Part shown: positions 25,366 to 39,700 of the stretch, piece by piece | Numbering within the stretch: the stretch's first letter is position 1 | Layout: the number at the start of each line of letters is the position of its first letter | From: Eledone cirrhosa | Taxonomy: Eukaryota | Length of the DNA stretch: 64,000 bases | Direction: 5' to 3' | Assembly: GCA_964016885.1 (NCBI GenBank) | Contig: OZ024741.1 | Coordinates: 190,836,001-190,900,000, forward strand | Made by a program: the position numbers and the translations under genes | The notes under the pieces: model-generated | Database searches by the model: none | What the model saw: the letters and a program-made list of their open reading frames with translations, nothing else | Told to the model about the DNA's origin: nothing

Positions 25366-25910
25366 GGGTAAAGTGTCATATAAGTTACCTGGTGGTTTGT
25401 TTGGATGCTAAAGTGTTATATATGTTACCTGGTAGTTTGTCTGGATGGTAAAGTGTCATATATGTTACCTGGTGGTTTGTCTGGATGGTAAAGTGTCATA
25501 CATGTTACCTGGTGGTTTGTCTGGATGGTAAAGTTACCTGGTGGTTTGTCTGGATGGTAAAGTGTCATATATGTTACCTGGTGGTTTGTCTGGATGGTAA
25601 AGTGTTATATATGTTACCTGGTAGTTTGTCTGGATGGTAAAGTGTCATATATGTTACCTGGTGGGTTGTCTGGATGGTAAAGTGTCATATATGTTACCTG
25701 GTAGTTTGTCTGGATGGTAAAGTGTCATATAAGTCACCTGGTGGTTTGTCTGGATGGTAAAGTGTCATATATGTTACCTGGTGGTTTGTCTGGATGGTAA
25801 AGTGTCATATATGTTACCTGGTGGTTTGTCTGGATGGTAAAGTGTCATATATGTTACCTGGTGGTTTGTCTGGATGGTAAAGTGTCATATATGTTACCTG
25901 GTAGTTTGTC
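23660..25910 (+). repeat. Tandem sub-duplication, offset 1,177 bp falling to 1,057 bp after loss of three monomers; its first part is also at ~7810..9516
   Basis: TAATCATACC at 23734 and 24911 (+1177). CTGGAGGG variant base at 24309 and 25366 (+1057). GGTAATGTG, TTGGATGTTAAAG, AAGTTCCC and GTGGGTT are shared in order. Confidence 0.82.
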
Positions 25911-28900
25911 TGGATGGTAAAGTGTCATATATGTTACCTGGTAGTTTGTCTGGATGGTAAAGTGTCATATATGTTACCTGGCAGTTTGTCTGGATGGTAA
26001 AGTGTCATATATGTTACCTGGTAGTTTGTCTGGATGGTAAAGTGTCATATATGTTACCTGGTTGTTTGTCTGGATGGTAAAGTGTCATATATGTTACCTG
26101 GTAGTTTGTCTGGATGGTAAAGTGTCATATATGTTACCTGGTAGTTTGTCTGGATGGTAAAGTGTCATATATGTTACCTGGTAGTTTGTCTGGATGGTAA
26201 AGTGTTACATATGTTACCTGGTAGTTTGTCTGGATGGTAAAGTGTCATATATGTTACCTGGTGGTTTGTCTGGATGGTAAAGTTACCTGGTAGTTTGCCT
26301 GGATGGTAAAGTGTCATATATGTTGCCTGGTAGTTTGTCTGGATGCTAAAGTGTCATATATGTTACCTGGTAGTTTGTCTGGATGGTAAAGTGTCATATA
26401 TGTTACCTGGTAGTTTGTCTGGATGGTAAAGTGTCATATATGTTACCTGGTAGTTTATCTGGATGGTAAAGTGTTATATATGTTACCTAGTGGTTTGTCT
26501 GGATGGTAAAGTGTCATAATCATACCTGGTAGTTTGTCTGGATGGTAAAGTGTCATATATGTTACCTGGTAGTTTGTCTGGATTGTAAAGTGTTACATAT
26601 GTTACCTCGTAGTTTGTTTGGATAGTAAAGTGTCATATATGTTACCTGGTGGTTTGTCTGGATGGTAAAGTTACCTGGTAGTTTGTCTGGATGTTAAAGT
26701 GTCATATAAGTTACCTCGTAGTTTGTCTGGATGGTAAAGTGTCATATATGTTACCTGGTGGTTTGTCTGGAAGGTAAAGTGTCATATATGTTACCTGGTG
26801 GTTTGTCTGGATGGTAAAGTGTTATATATGTTGCCTCGTAGTTTGTCTGGATGGTAAAGTGTCATATAAGTTGCCTGTTGGTTTGTCTGGAAGGTAAAGT
26901 GTCATATATGTTACCCAGTGGGCTGTCTGGATGGTAAAGTGTCATATATGTTACCTGGTGATTTGTCTGGATGGTAAAGTGTCATATATGTTACCTGGTG
27001 GTTTGTCTGGATGGTAAAGTGTCATATATATTACGTGGTGGTTTGTCTGGATGGTAAAGTGTCATATAAGTTACCTGGTGGTTTGTTTGGATGGTAAAGT
27101 GTTATATATGTTACCTGGTAGTTTTTCTGGATGGTAAAGTGTAATATATGTTACCTGGTGGTTTGTCTGGATGGTAAAGTGTCATACATGTTACCTGGTG
27201 GTTTGTCTGGATGGTAAAGTTACCTGGTGGTTCGTCTGGATGGTAAAGTGTCATATATGTTACCTGGTGGTTGGTCTGGAAGGTAAAGCTTCATATAAGT
27301 TACCTGATAGTTTGTCTGGATGGTAAAGTGTCATATATGTTACCTGGTGGTTTGTCTGGATGGTAAAGTGTCATATATGTTACCTGGTGGTTTGTCTGGA
27401 AGGTAAAGTGTCATATAAGTTACCTGGTAGTTTGTCTGGATGGTAAAGTTACCTGGTGGTTTGACTGGAAGGTAAAGTGTCATATATGTTACCTGGTGGT
27501 TTGTCTGGATGGTAAAGTGTCATATATGTTACCTGGTGGTTTGTCTGGATGGTAAAGTGTCATATATGTAACCTGGTGGTTTGTCTGGATGGTAAAGTGT
27601 CATATATGTTACCTGGTGGTTTGTCTGGATGGTAAAGTGTCATATATGTTACCTGGTGGTTTGTCTGGATGGTAAAGTGTCATATCTGTTACCTGGTGGT
27701 TTGTCTAGATGGTAAAGTGTCTTATATGTTACCTGGTGGTTTGTCTGGATGGTAAAGTGTCATATATGTTACCTGGTGGTTTGTCCGGATGGTAAAGTGT
27801 TATATATGTTACCTGGTAGTTTGTCTGGATGGTAAAGTGTCATATATGTTACCTGGTGGTTTGTCTGGATGGTAAAGTGTTATATATGTTACCTGGTAGT
27901 TTGTCTGGATGGTAAAGTGTCATATATGTTACCTGGTGGTTTGTCTGGATGGTAAAGTGTTATATATGTTACCTGGTAGATTGTCTGGATGGTAAAGTGT
28001 CTTATAAGTTACCTGGTGGTTTGTCTGGATGGTAAAGTGTCATATATGTTACCTGGTGGTTTGTCTGGATGGTAAAGTGTCATATATGTTAGCTGGTGGT
28101 TTGTCGGGATGGTAAAGTGTCATATATGTTACCTGGTGGTTTGTCTGGATGGTAAAGTGTCATATATGTTACCTGGTAGTTTGTCTGGATGGTTAAGTTA
28201 CCTGGTGGTTTGTCTGGATGGTAAAGTGTCATATATGTTACCTGGTGGTTTGTCTGGATGGTAAAGTGTTATATATGTTACCTGGTGGTTTGTCTGGATG
28301 GTAAAGTTACCTGGTGGTTTGTCTGGATGGTAAAGTGTTATATATGTTACCTGGTAGTTTGTCTGGATGGTAAAGTTACCTGGTAGTTTGTCTGGATGGT
28401 AAAGTTACCTGGTAGTTTGTCTGGATTGTAAAGTTACCTGGTGGTTTGTCTGGATGGTAAAGTGTTATATATGTTACCTGGTAGTTTGTCTGGATGGTAA
28501 AGTGTTATATATGTTACCTGTTGGTTTGTCTGGATGTTAAAGTGTCATACATGTTACCTGGTGGTTTGTCTGGATGGTAAAGTGTCATATATGTTACCTG
28601 GTGGGTTGTCTGGATGGTAAAGTGTTATATATGTTACCTGGTAATTTGTCTGGATGGTAAAATGTCATATAAGTTACCTGGTGGTTTGTCTGGATGGTAT
28701 AGTGTCATATATGTTACCTGGTGGTTTGTCTGGATGGTAAAGTGTCATATATGTTACCTGGTGGTTTGTCTGGATGGTAAAGTGTCATATATGTTACCTG
28801 GTGGTTTGTCTGGATGGTAAAGTGTCATATATGTTACCTGGTAGTTTGTCTGGATGGTAAAGTGTTATATATGTTACCTGGTGGTTTGTCTGGATGGTAA

Positions 28901-31900
28901 AGTGTCATATATGTTACCTGGTAGTTTGTCTGGATGGTAAAGTGTCATATATGTTACCTGGTAGTTTGTCTGGATGGTAAAGTGTCATATATGTTACCTG
29001 GTAGTTTGTCTGGATGGTAAAGTGTCATATATGTTACCTGGTAGTTTGTCTGGATGGTAAAGTGTCATATATGTTACCTGGTAGTTTGTCTGGATGGTAA
29101 AGTGTGATATATGTTACCTGGTAGTTTGTCTGGATGGTAAAGTGTCATATATGTTACCTGGTAGTTTGTCTGGATGGTAAAGTGTTACATATGTCACCTG
29201 GTGGTTTGTCTGGATGGTAAAGTGTCATATATGTTACCTGGTGGTTTGTCTGGATGGTAAAGTGTTATATATGTTACCTGGTAGTTTGTCTGGATGGTAA
29301 AGTGTCATATATGTTACCTGGTGATTTGTCTGGATGGTAAAGTGTTATATATGTTACCTGGTAGATTGTCTGGATGGTAAAGTGTCTTATAAGTTACCTG
29401 GTGGTTTGTCTGGATGGTAAAGTGTCATATATGTTACCTGGTGGTTTGTCTGGATGGTAAAGTGTCATATATGTTAGCTGGTGGTTTGTCTGGATGGTAA
29501 AGTGTCATATATGTTACCTGGTGGTTTGTCTGGATGGTAAAGTGTCATATATGTTACCTGGTAGTTTGTCTGGATGGTTAAGTTACCTGGTGGTTTGTCT
29601 GGATGGTAAAGTGTCATATATGTTACCTGGTGGTTTGTCTGGATGGTAAAGTGTTATATATGTTACCTGGTGGTTTGTCTGGATGGTAAAGTTACCTGGT
29701 GGTTTGTCTGGATGGTAAAGTGTTATATATGTTACCTGGTAGTTTGTCTGGATGGTAAAGTTACCTGGTAGTTTGTCTGGATGGTAAAGTTACCTGGTAG
29801 TTTGTCTGGATTGTAAAGATACCTGGTGGTTTGTCTGGATGGTAAAGTGTTATATATGTTACCTGGTAGTTTGTCTGGATGGTAAAGTGTTATATATGTT
29901 ACCTGTTGGTTTGTCTGGATGTTAAAGTGTCATACATGTTACCTGGTGGTTTGTCTGGATGGTAAAGTGTCATACATGTTACCTGGTGGGTTGTCTGGAT
30001 GGTAAAGTGTCATATATGTTACCTGGTAGTTTGTCTGGATGGTAAAGTGTCATATATGTTACCTGGTAGTTTGTCTGGATGGTAAAGTGTCATATATGTT
30101 ACCTGGTAGTTTGTCTGGATGGTAAAGTGTGATATATGTTACCTGGTAGTTTGTCTGGATGGTAAAGTGTCATATATGTTACCTGGTAGTTTGTCTGGAT
30201 GGTAAAGTGTTACATATGTCACCTGGTGGTTTGTCTGGATGGTAAAGTGTCATATATGTTACCTGGTGGTTTGTCTGGATGGTAAAGTTACCTGGTAGTT
30301 TGTCTGGCTGGTAAAGTGTCATATATGTTACCTGGTAGATTGTCTGGATGGTAAAGTGTCATATATGTTATCTGGTAGTTTGTCTGGATGGTAAAGTGTC
30401 ATATATGTTACCTAGTAGTTTATCTGGATGGTAAAGTGTTATATATGTTACGTAGTGGGCTGTCTGGATGGTAAAGTGTCATATATGTTACCTGGTGGTT
30501 TGTCTGGATGGTAAAGTGTCATATATGTTACCTGGTGGTTTGTCTGGATGGTAAAGTGTCATATATGTTACCTGGTGGTTTGTCTGGAGGGTAAAGTGTC
30601 ATATAAGTTACCTGGTGGTTTGTTTGGATGCTAAAGTGTTATATATGTTACCTGGTAGTTTGTCTGGATGGTAAAGTGTCATATATGTTACCTGGTGGTT
30701 TGTCTGGATGGTAAAGTGTCATACATGTTACCTGGTGGTTTGTCTGGATGGTAAAGTTACCTGGTGGTTTGTCTGGATGGTAAAGTGTCATATATGTTAC
30801 CTGGTGGTTTGTCTGGATGGTAAAGTGTTATATATGTTACCTGGTAGTTTGTCTGGATGGTAAAGTGTCATATATGTTACCTGGTGGGTTGTCTGGATGG
30901 TAAAGTGTCATATATGTTACCTGGTAGTTTGTCTGGATGGTAAAGTGTCATATAAGTCACCTGGTGGTTTGTCTGGATGGTAAAGTGTCATATATGTTAC
31001 CTGGTGGTTTGTCTGGATGGTAAAGTGTCATATATGTTACCTGGTGGTTTGTCTGGATGGTAAAGTGTCATATATGTTACCTGGTGGTTTGTCTGGATGG
31101 TAAAGTGTCATATATGTTACCTGGTAGTTTGTCTGGATGGTAAAGTGTCATATATGTTACCTGGTAGTTTGTCTGGATGGTAAAGTGTCATATATGTTAC
31201 CTGGCAGTTTGTCTGGATGGTAAAGTGTCATATATGTTACCTGGTAGTTTGTCTGGATGGTAAAGTGTCATATATGTTACCTGGTTGTTTGTCTGGATGG
31301 TAAAGTGTCATATATGTTACCTGGTAGTTTGTCTGGATGGTAAAGTGTCATATATGTTACCTGGTAGTTTGTCTGGATGGTAAAGTGTCATATATGTTAC
31401 CTGGTAGTTTGTCTGGATGGTAAAGTGTTACATATGTTACCTGGTGGTTTGTCTGGATGGTAAAGTGTCATATATGTTACCTGGTGGTTTGTCTGGATGG
31501 TAAAGTTACCTGGTAGTTTGCCTGGATGGTAAAGTGTCATATATGTTGCCTGGTATTTTGTCTGGATGCTAAAGTGTCATATATGTTTCCTGGTAGTTTG
31601 TCTGGATGGTAAAGTGTCATATATGTTACCTGGTAGTTTGTCTGGATGGTAAAGTGTCATACATGTTACCTGGTAGTTTATCTGGATGGTAAAGTGTTAT
31701 ATATGTTACCTAGTGGTTTGTCTGGATGGTAAAGTGTCATAATCATACCTGGTAGTTTGTCTGGATGGTAAAGTGTCATATATGTTACCTGGTAGTTTGT
31801 CTGGATTGTAAAGTGTTACATATGTTACCTCGTAGTTTGTTTGGATGGTAAAGTGTCATATATGTTACCTGGTGGTTTGTCTGGATGGTAAAGTTACCTG

Positions 31901-34081
31901 GTAGTTTGTCTGGATGTTAAAGTGTCATATAAGTTACCTCGTAGTTTGTCTGGATGGTAAAGTGTCATATATGTTACCTGGTGGTTTGTCTGGAAGGTAA
32001 AGTGTCATATATGTTACCTGGTGGTTTGTCTGGATGGTAAAGTGTTATATATGTTGCCTCGTAGTTTGTCTGGATGGTAAAGTGTCATATAAGTTGCCTG
32101 TTGGTTTGTCTGGAAGGTAAAGTGTCATATATGTTACCCAGTGGGCTGTCTGGATGGTAAAGTGTCATATATGTTACCTGGTGATTTGTCTGGATGGTAA
32201 AGTGTCATATATGTTACCTGGTGGTTTGTCTGGATGGTAAAGTGTCATATATATTACGTGGTGGTTTGTCTGGATGGTAAAGTGTCATATAAGTTACCTG
32301 GTGGTTTGTTTGGATGGTAAAGTGGTATATATGTTACCTGGTAGTTTTTCTGGATGGTAAAGTCTCATATATGTTACCTGGTGGTTTGTCTGGATGGTAA
32401 AGTGTCATACATGTTACCTGGTGGTTTGTCTGGATGGTAAAGTTACCTGGTGGTTCGTCTGGATGGTAAAGTGTCATATATGTTACCTGGTGGTTGGTCT
32501 GGAAGGTAAAGTTTCATATAAGTTACCTGATAGTTTGTCTGGATGGTAAAGTGTCATATATGTTACCTGGTGGTTTGTCTGGATGGTAAAGTGTCATATA
32601 TGTTACCTGGTGGTTTGTCTGGAAGGTAAAGTGTCATATAAGTTACCTGGTAGTTTGTCTGGATGGTAAAGTTACCTGGTGGTTTGTCTGGAAGGTAAAG
32701 TGTCATATATGTTACCTGGTGGTTTGTCTGGATGGTAAAGTGTCATATATGTTACCTGGTGGTTTGTCTGGATGGTAAAGTGTCATATATGTAACCTGGT
32801 GGTTTGTCTGGATGGTAAAGTGTCATATATGTTACCTGGTGGTTTGTCTGGATGGTAAAGTGTCATATATGTTACCTGGTGGTTTGTCTGGATGGTAAAG
32901 TGTCATATCTGTTACCTGGTGGTTTGTCTAGATGGTAAAGTGTCTTATATGTTACCTGGTGGTTTGTCTGGATGGTAAAGTGTCATATATGTTACCTGGT
33001 GGTTTGTCCGGATGGTAAAGTGTTATATATGTTACCTGGTAGTTTGTCTGGATGGTAAAGTGTCATATATGTTACCTGGTGGTTTGTCTGGATGGTAAAG
33101 TGTTATATATGTTACCTGGTAGTTTGTCTGGATGGTAAAGTGTCATATATGTTACCTGGTGGTTTGTCTGGATGGTAAAGTGTTATATATGTTACCTGGT
33201 AGATTGTCTGGATGGTAAAGTGTCTTATAAGTTACCTGGTGGTTTGTCTGGATGGTAAAGTGTCATATATGTTACCTGGTGGTTTGTCTGGATGGTAAAG
33301 TGTCATATATGTTAGCTGGTGGTTTGTCTGGATGGTAAAGTGTCATATATGTTACCTGGTGGTTTGTCTGGATGGTAAAGTGTCATATATGTTACCTGGT
33401 AGTTTGTCTGGATGGTTAAGTTACCTGGTGGTTTGTCTGGATGGTAAAGTGTCATATATGTTACCTGGTGGTTTGTCTGGATGGTAAAGTGTTATATATG
33501 TTACCTGGTGGTTTGTCTGGATGGTAAAGTTACCTGGTGGTTTGTCTGGATGGTAAAGTGTTATATATGTTACCTGGTAGTTTGTCTGGATGGTAAAGTT
33601 ACCTGGTAGTTTGTCTGGATGGTAAAGTTACCTGGTAGTTTGTCTGGATTGTAAAGTTACCTGGTGGTTTGTCTGGATGGTAAAGTGTTATATATGTTAC
33701 CTGGTAGTTTGTCTGGATGGTAAAGTGTTATATATGTTACCTGTTGGTTTGTCTGGATGTTAAAGTGTCATACATGTTACCTGGTGGTTTGTCTGGATGG
33801 TAAAGTGTCATACATGTTACCTGGTGGGTTGTCTGGATGGTAAAGTGTTATATATGTTACCTGGTAATTTGTCTGGATGGTAAAATGTCATATAAGTTAC
33901 CTGGTGTTTTGTCTGGATGGTATAGTGTCATATATGTTACCTGGTGGTTTGTCTGGATGGTAAAGTGTCATATATGTTACCTGGTGGTTTGTCTGGATGG
34001 TAAAGTGTCATATATGTTACCTGGTGGTTTGTCTGGATGGTAAAGTGTCATATATGTTACCTGGTAGTTTGTCTGGATGGT
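25240..34081 (+). repeat. Direct duplication ~25240..28858 = ~30463..34081 (offset 5,223 bp) with scattered substitutions
   Basis: GGAGGG 25366/30589; ORFs 28614/33837. Shared GTTGCCTGTT, CCCAGTGGGCTG, GGTTCGTC, GTAACC, TCTAGA and GTCCGG. Several single-base differences are visible (e.g. GTAATA vs CTCATA near 27141/32364). Confidence 0.88.
27850..29990 (+). repeat. Partial direct duplication, offset 1,385 bp (31x40+5x29), of the block carrying the 29-mer cluster
   Basis: GGTTAAG at 28194 and 29579. TAGATTG, GTCTTATAAG, GTTAGCTGG, the triple 29-mer and CCTGTTGG are shared in order. Confidence 0.82.
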
Positions 34082-34746
34082 TAAGTTACCTGGTGGTTTG
34101 TCTGGATGGTAAAGTGTCATATATGTTACCTGGTGGTTTGTCTGGATGGTAAAGTGTTATATATGTTACCTGGTGGTTTGTCTGGATGGTAAAGTTACCT
34201 GGTGGTTTGTCTGGATGGTAAAGTGTTATATATGTTACCTGGTAGTTTGTCTGGATGGTAAAGTTACCTGGTAGTTTGTCTGGATGGTAAAGTTACCTGG
34301 TAGTTTGTCTGGATTGTAAAGTTACCTGGTGGTTTGTCTGGATGGTAAAGTGTTATATATGTTACCTGGTAGTTTGTCTGGATGGTAAAGTGTTATATAT
34401 GTTACCTGTTGGTTTGTCTGGATGTTAAAGTGTCATACATGTTACCTGGTGGTTTGTCTGGATGGTAAAGTGTCATACATGTTACCTGGTGGGTTGTCTG
34501 GATGGTAAAGTGTTATATATGTTACCTGGTAATTTGTCTGGATGGTAAAATGTCATATAAGTTACCTGGTGGTTTGTCTGGATGGTGTAGTGTCATATAT
34601 GTTACCTGGTGGTTTGTCTGGATGGTAAAGTGTCATATATGTTACCTGGTGGTTTGTCTGGATGGTAAAGTGTCATATATGTTACCTGGTGGTTTGTCTG
34701 GATGGTAAAGTGTCATATATGTTACCTGGTAGTTTGTCTGGATGGT
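33417..34746 (+). repeat. Tandem duplication of a 665-bp unit (13x40+5x29)
   Basis: GGTTAAG at 33417 and 34082; ORFs at 33837 and 34502; identical order of the 29-mer cluster and variants. Confidence 0.88.
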
Positions 34747-36700
34747 AAAGTGTTATATATGTTACCTGGTGGTTTGTCTGGATGGTAAAGTGTCATATAT
34801 GTTACCTGGTAGTTTGTCTGGATGGTAAAGTGTCATATATGTTACCTGGTAGTTTGTCTGGATGGTAAAGTGTCATATATGTTACCTGGTAGTTTGTCTG
34901 GATGGTAAAGTGTCATATATGTTACCTGGTAGTTTGTCTGGATGGTAAAGTGTCATATATGTTACCTGGTAGTTTGTCTGGATGGTAAAGTGTGATATAT
35001 GTTACCTGGTAGTTTGTCTGGATGGTAAAGTGTCATATATGTTACCTGGTAGTTTGTCTGGATGGTAAAGTGTTACATATGTCACCTGGTGGTTTGTCTG
35101 GATGGTAAAGTGTCATATATGTTACCTGGTGGTTTGTCTGGATGGTAAAGTTACCTGGTAGTTTGTCTGGCTGGTAAAGTGTCATATATGTTACCTGGTA
35201 GATTGTCTGGATGGTAAAGTGTCATATATGTTATCTGGTAGTTTGTCTGGATGGTAAAGTGTCATATATGTTACCTGGTAGTTTGTCTGGATGGTAAAGT
35301 GTCATATATGTTACCTAGTAGTTTATCTGGATGGTAAAGTGTTATATATGTTACCTAGTGGTTTGTCTGGATGGTAAAGTGTCATATATCATACCTGGTA
35401 GTTTGTCTGGATGGTAAAGTGTCATATATGTTACCTGGTGGTTTGTCTGGATGGTAAAGTTACCTGGTGGTTTGTCTGGATGGTAAAGTGTTATATATGT
35501 TACCTGGTAGTTTGTCTGGATGGTAAAGTTACCTGGTAGTTTGTCTGGATGGTAAAGTTACCTGGTAGTTTGTCTGGATTGTAAAGTTACCTGGTGGTTT
35601 GTCTGGATGGTAAAGTGTTATATATGTTACCTGGTAGTTTGTCTGGATGGTAAAGTGTTATATATGTTACCTGTTGGTTTGTCTGGATGTTAAAGTGTCA
35701 TACATGTTACCTGGTGGTTTGTCTGGATGGTAAAGTGTCATACATGTTACCTGGTGGGTTGTCTGGATGGTAAAGTGTTATATATGTTACCTGGTAATTT
35801 GTCTGGATGGTAAAATGTCATATAAGTTACCTGGTGGTTTGTCTGGATGGTATAGTGTCATATATGTTACCTGGTGGTTTGTCTGGATGGTAAAGTGTCA
35901 TATATGTTACCTGGTGGTTTGTCTGGATGGTAAAGTGTCATATATGTTACCTGGTGGTTTGTCTGGATGGTAAAGTGTCATATATGTTACCTGGTAGTTT
36001 GTCTGGATGGTAAAGTGTTATATATGTTACCTGGTGGTTTGTCTGGATGGTAAAGTGTCATATATGTTACCTGGTAGTTTGTCTGGATGGTAAAGTGTCA
36101 TATATGTTACCTGGTAGTTTGTCTGGATGGTAAAGTGTCATATATGTTACCTGGTAGTTTGTCTGGATGGTAAAGTGTCATATATGTTACCTGGTAGTTT
36201 GTCTGGATGGTAAAGTGTCATATATGTTACCTGGTAGTTTGTCTGGATGGTAAAGTGTGATATATGTTACCTGGTAGTTTGTCTGGATGGTAAAGTGTCA
36301 TATATGTTACCTGGTAGTTTGTCTGGATGGTAAAGTGTTACATATGTCACCTGGTGGTTTGTCTGGATGGTAAAGTGTCATATATGTTACCTGGTGGTTT
36401 GTCTGGATGGTAAAGTTACCTGGTAGTTTGTCTGGCTGGTAAAGTGTCATATATGTTACCTGGTAGATTGTCTGGATGGTAAAGTGTCATATATGTTATC
36501 TGGTAGTTTGTCTGGATGGTAAAGTGTCATATATGTTACCTGGTAGTTTGTCTGGATGGTAAAGTGTCATATATGTTACCTAGTAGTTTATCTGGATGGT
36601 AAAGTGTTATATATGTTACCTAGTGGTTTGTCTGGATGGTAAAGTGTCATATATCATACCTGGTAGTTTGTCTGGATGGTAAAGTGTCATATATGTTACC
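34160..36700 (+). repeat. Tandem duplication of a 1,265-bp unit (28x40+5x29)
   Basis: ORFs at 34502 and 35767. GTGTGATAT, ATGTCACC, CTGGCTGG, TAGATTG and ATATCATACC each repeat at +1265. Confidence 0.87.
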
Positions 36701-39700
36701 TGGTAGTTTGTCTGGATGGTAAAGTGTCATATATGTTACCTGGTAGTTTGTCTGGATGGTAAAGTGTTACATATGTTACCTCGTAGTTTGTCTGGATGGT
36801 AAAGTGTCATATATGTTACCTGGTGGTTTGTCTGGATGGTAAAGTTACCTGGTAGTTTGTCTGGATGTTAAAGTGTCATATAAGTTACCTCGTAGTTTGT
36901 CTGGATGGTAAAGTGTCATATATGTTACCTGGTGGTTTGTCTGGAAGGTAAAGTGTCATATATGTTACCTGGTGGTTTGTCTGGATGGTAAAGTGTTATA
37001 TATGTTACCTCGTAGTTTGTCTGGATGGTAAAGTGTCATATATGTTACCTGGTGGTTTGTCTGGATGGTAAAGTGTCATATATGTTACCTGGTGGTTTGT
37101 CTGGATGGTAAAGTGTCATATAAGTTACCTGGTGGTTTGTTTGGATGGTAAAGTGTTATATATGTTACCTGGTAGTTTTTCTGGATGGTAAAGTGTCATA
37201 TAAGTTACCTGGTGGTTTGTCTGGATGGTAAAGTGTCATACATTTTACCTGGTGGTTTGTCTGGATGGTAAAGTTACCTGGTGGTTTGTCTGGATGGTAA
37301 AGGGTCATATATGTTACCTGGTGGTTTGTCTGGAAGGTAAAGTGTCATATAAGTTACCTGATAGTTTGTCTGGATGGTAAAGTTACCTGGTGGTTTGTCT
37401 GGCTGGTAAAGTGTCATATATGTTACCTGGTGGTTTGTCTGGATGGTAAAGTGTCATATATGTTACCTGGTGGTTTGTCTGGATGGTAAAGTGTCATATA
37501 TGTTACCTGGTGGTTTGTCTGGAAGGTAAAGTGTCATATAAGTTACCTGGTAGTTTGTCTGGATGGTAAAGTTACCTGGTGGTTTGTCTGGAAGGTAAAG
37601 TGTCATATATGTTACCTGGTGGTTTGTCTGGCTGGTAAAGTGTCATATATGTTACCTGGTGGTTTGTCTGGATGGTAAAGTGTCATATATGTTACCTGTT
37701 GGTTTGTATGGATGGTAAAGTGTCATACATGTTACCTGGTGGTTTGTCTGTATGGTAAAGTGTCATATATGTTACCTGGTGGTTTGTCTGGATGGTAAAG
37801 TGTCATATATGTTACCTGGTGGTTTGTCTGGATGGTAAAGTGTCATATATGTTACCTGGTGGTTTGTCTGGATGGTAAAGTGTCATATATGTTAACTGGT
37901 GGTTTGTCTGGATGGTAAAGTGTCATATATGTTACCTGGTGGTTTGTCTGGATGGTAAAGTGTCATACATGTTACCTGGTGGTTTGTCTGGATGGTAAAG
38001 TTACCTGGTGGTTCGTCTGGATGGTAAAGTGTCATATATGTTACCTGGTGGTTGGTCTGGAAGGTAAAGTTTCATATAAGTTACCTGATAGTTTGTCTGG
38101 ATGGTAAAGTGTCATATATGTTACCTGGTGGTTTGTCTGGATGGTAAAGTGTCATATATGTTACCTGGTGGTTTGTCTGGAAGGTAAAGTGTCATATAAG
38201 TTACCTGGTAGTTTGTCTGGATGGTAAAGTTACCTGGTGGTTTGTCTGGAAGGTAAAGTGTCATATATGTTACCTGGTGGTTTGTCTGGATGGTAAAGTG
38301 TCATATATGTTACCTGGTGGTTTGTCTGGATGGTAAAGTGTCATATATGTAACCTGGTGGTTTGTCTGGATGGTAAAGTGTCATATATGTTACCTGGTGG
38401 TTTGTCTGGATGGTAAAGTGTCATATATGTTACCTGGTGGTTTGTCTGGATGGTAAAGTGTCATATCTGTTACCTGGTGGTTTGTCTAGATGGTAAAGTG
38501 TCTTATATGTTACCTGGTGGTTTGTCTGGATGGTAAAGTGTCATATATGTTACCTGGTGGTTTGTCCGGATGGTAAAGTGTTATATATGTTACCTGGTAG
38601 TTTGTCTGGATGGTAAAGTGTCATATATGTTACCTGGTGGTTTGTCTGGATGGTAAAGTGTTATATATGTTACCTGGTAGTTTGTCTGGATGGTAAAGTG
38701 TCATATATGTTACCTGGTGGTTTGTCTGGATGGTAAAGTGTTATATATGTTACCTGGTAGATTGTCTGGATGGTAAAGTGTCTTATAAGTTACCTGGTGG
38801 TTTGTCTGGATGGTAAAGTGTCATATATGTTACCTGGTGGTTTGTCTGGATGGTAAAGTGTCATATATGTTAGCTGGTGGTTTGTCTGGATGGTAAAGTG
38901 TCATATATGTTACCTGGTGGTTTGTCTGGATGGTAAAGTGTCATATATGTTACCTGGTAGTTTGTCTGGATGGTTAAGTTACCTGGTGGTTTGTCTGGAT
39001 GGTAAAGTGTCATATATGTTACCTGGTGGTTTGTCTGGATGGTAAAGTGTTATATATGTTACCTGGTGGTTTGTCTGGATGGTAAAGTTACCTGGTGGTT
39101 TGTCTGGATGGTAAAGTGTTATATATGTTACCTGGTAGTTTGTCTGGATGGTAAAGTTACCTGGTAGTTTGTCTGGATGGTAAAGTTACCTGGTAGTTTG
39201 TCTGGATTGTAAAGTTACCTGGTGGTTTGTCTGGATGGTAAAGTGTTATATATGTTACCTGGTAGTTTGTCTGGATGGTAAAGTGTTATATATGTTACCT
39301 GTTGGTTTGTCTGGATGTTAAAGTGTCATACATGTTACCTGGTGGTTTGTCTGGATGGTAAAGTGTCATACATGTTACCTGGTGGGTTGTCTGGATGGTA
39401 AAGTGTTATATATGTTACCTGGTAATTTGTCTGGATGGTAAAATGTCATATAAGTTACCTGGTGGTTTGTCTGGATGGTATAGTGTCATATATGTTACCT
39501 GGTGGTTTGTCTGGATGGTAAAGTGTCATATATGTTACCTGGTGGTTTGTCTGGATGGTAAAGTGTCATATATGTTACCTGGTGGTTTGTCTGGATGGTA
39601 AAGTGTCATATATGTTACCTGGTAGTTTGTCTGGATGGTAAAGTGTTATATATGTTACCTGGTGGTTTGTCTGGATGGTAAAGTGTCATATATGTTACCT

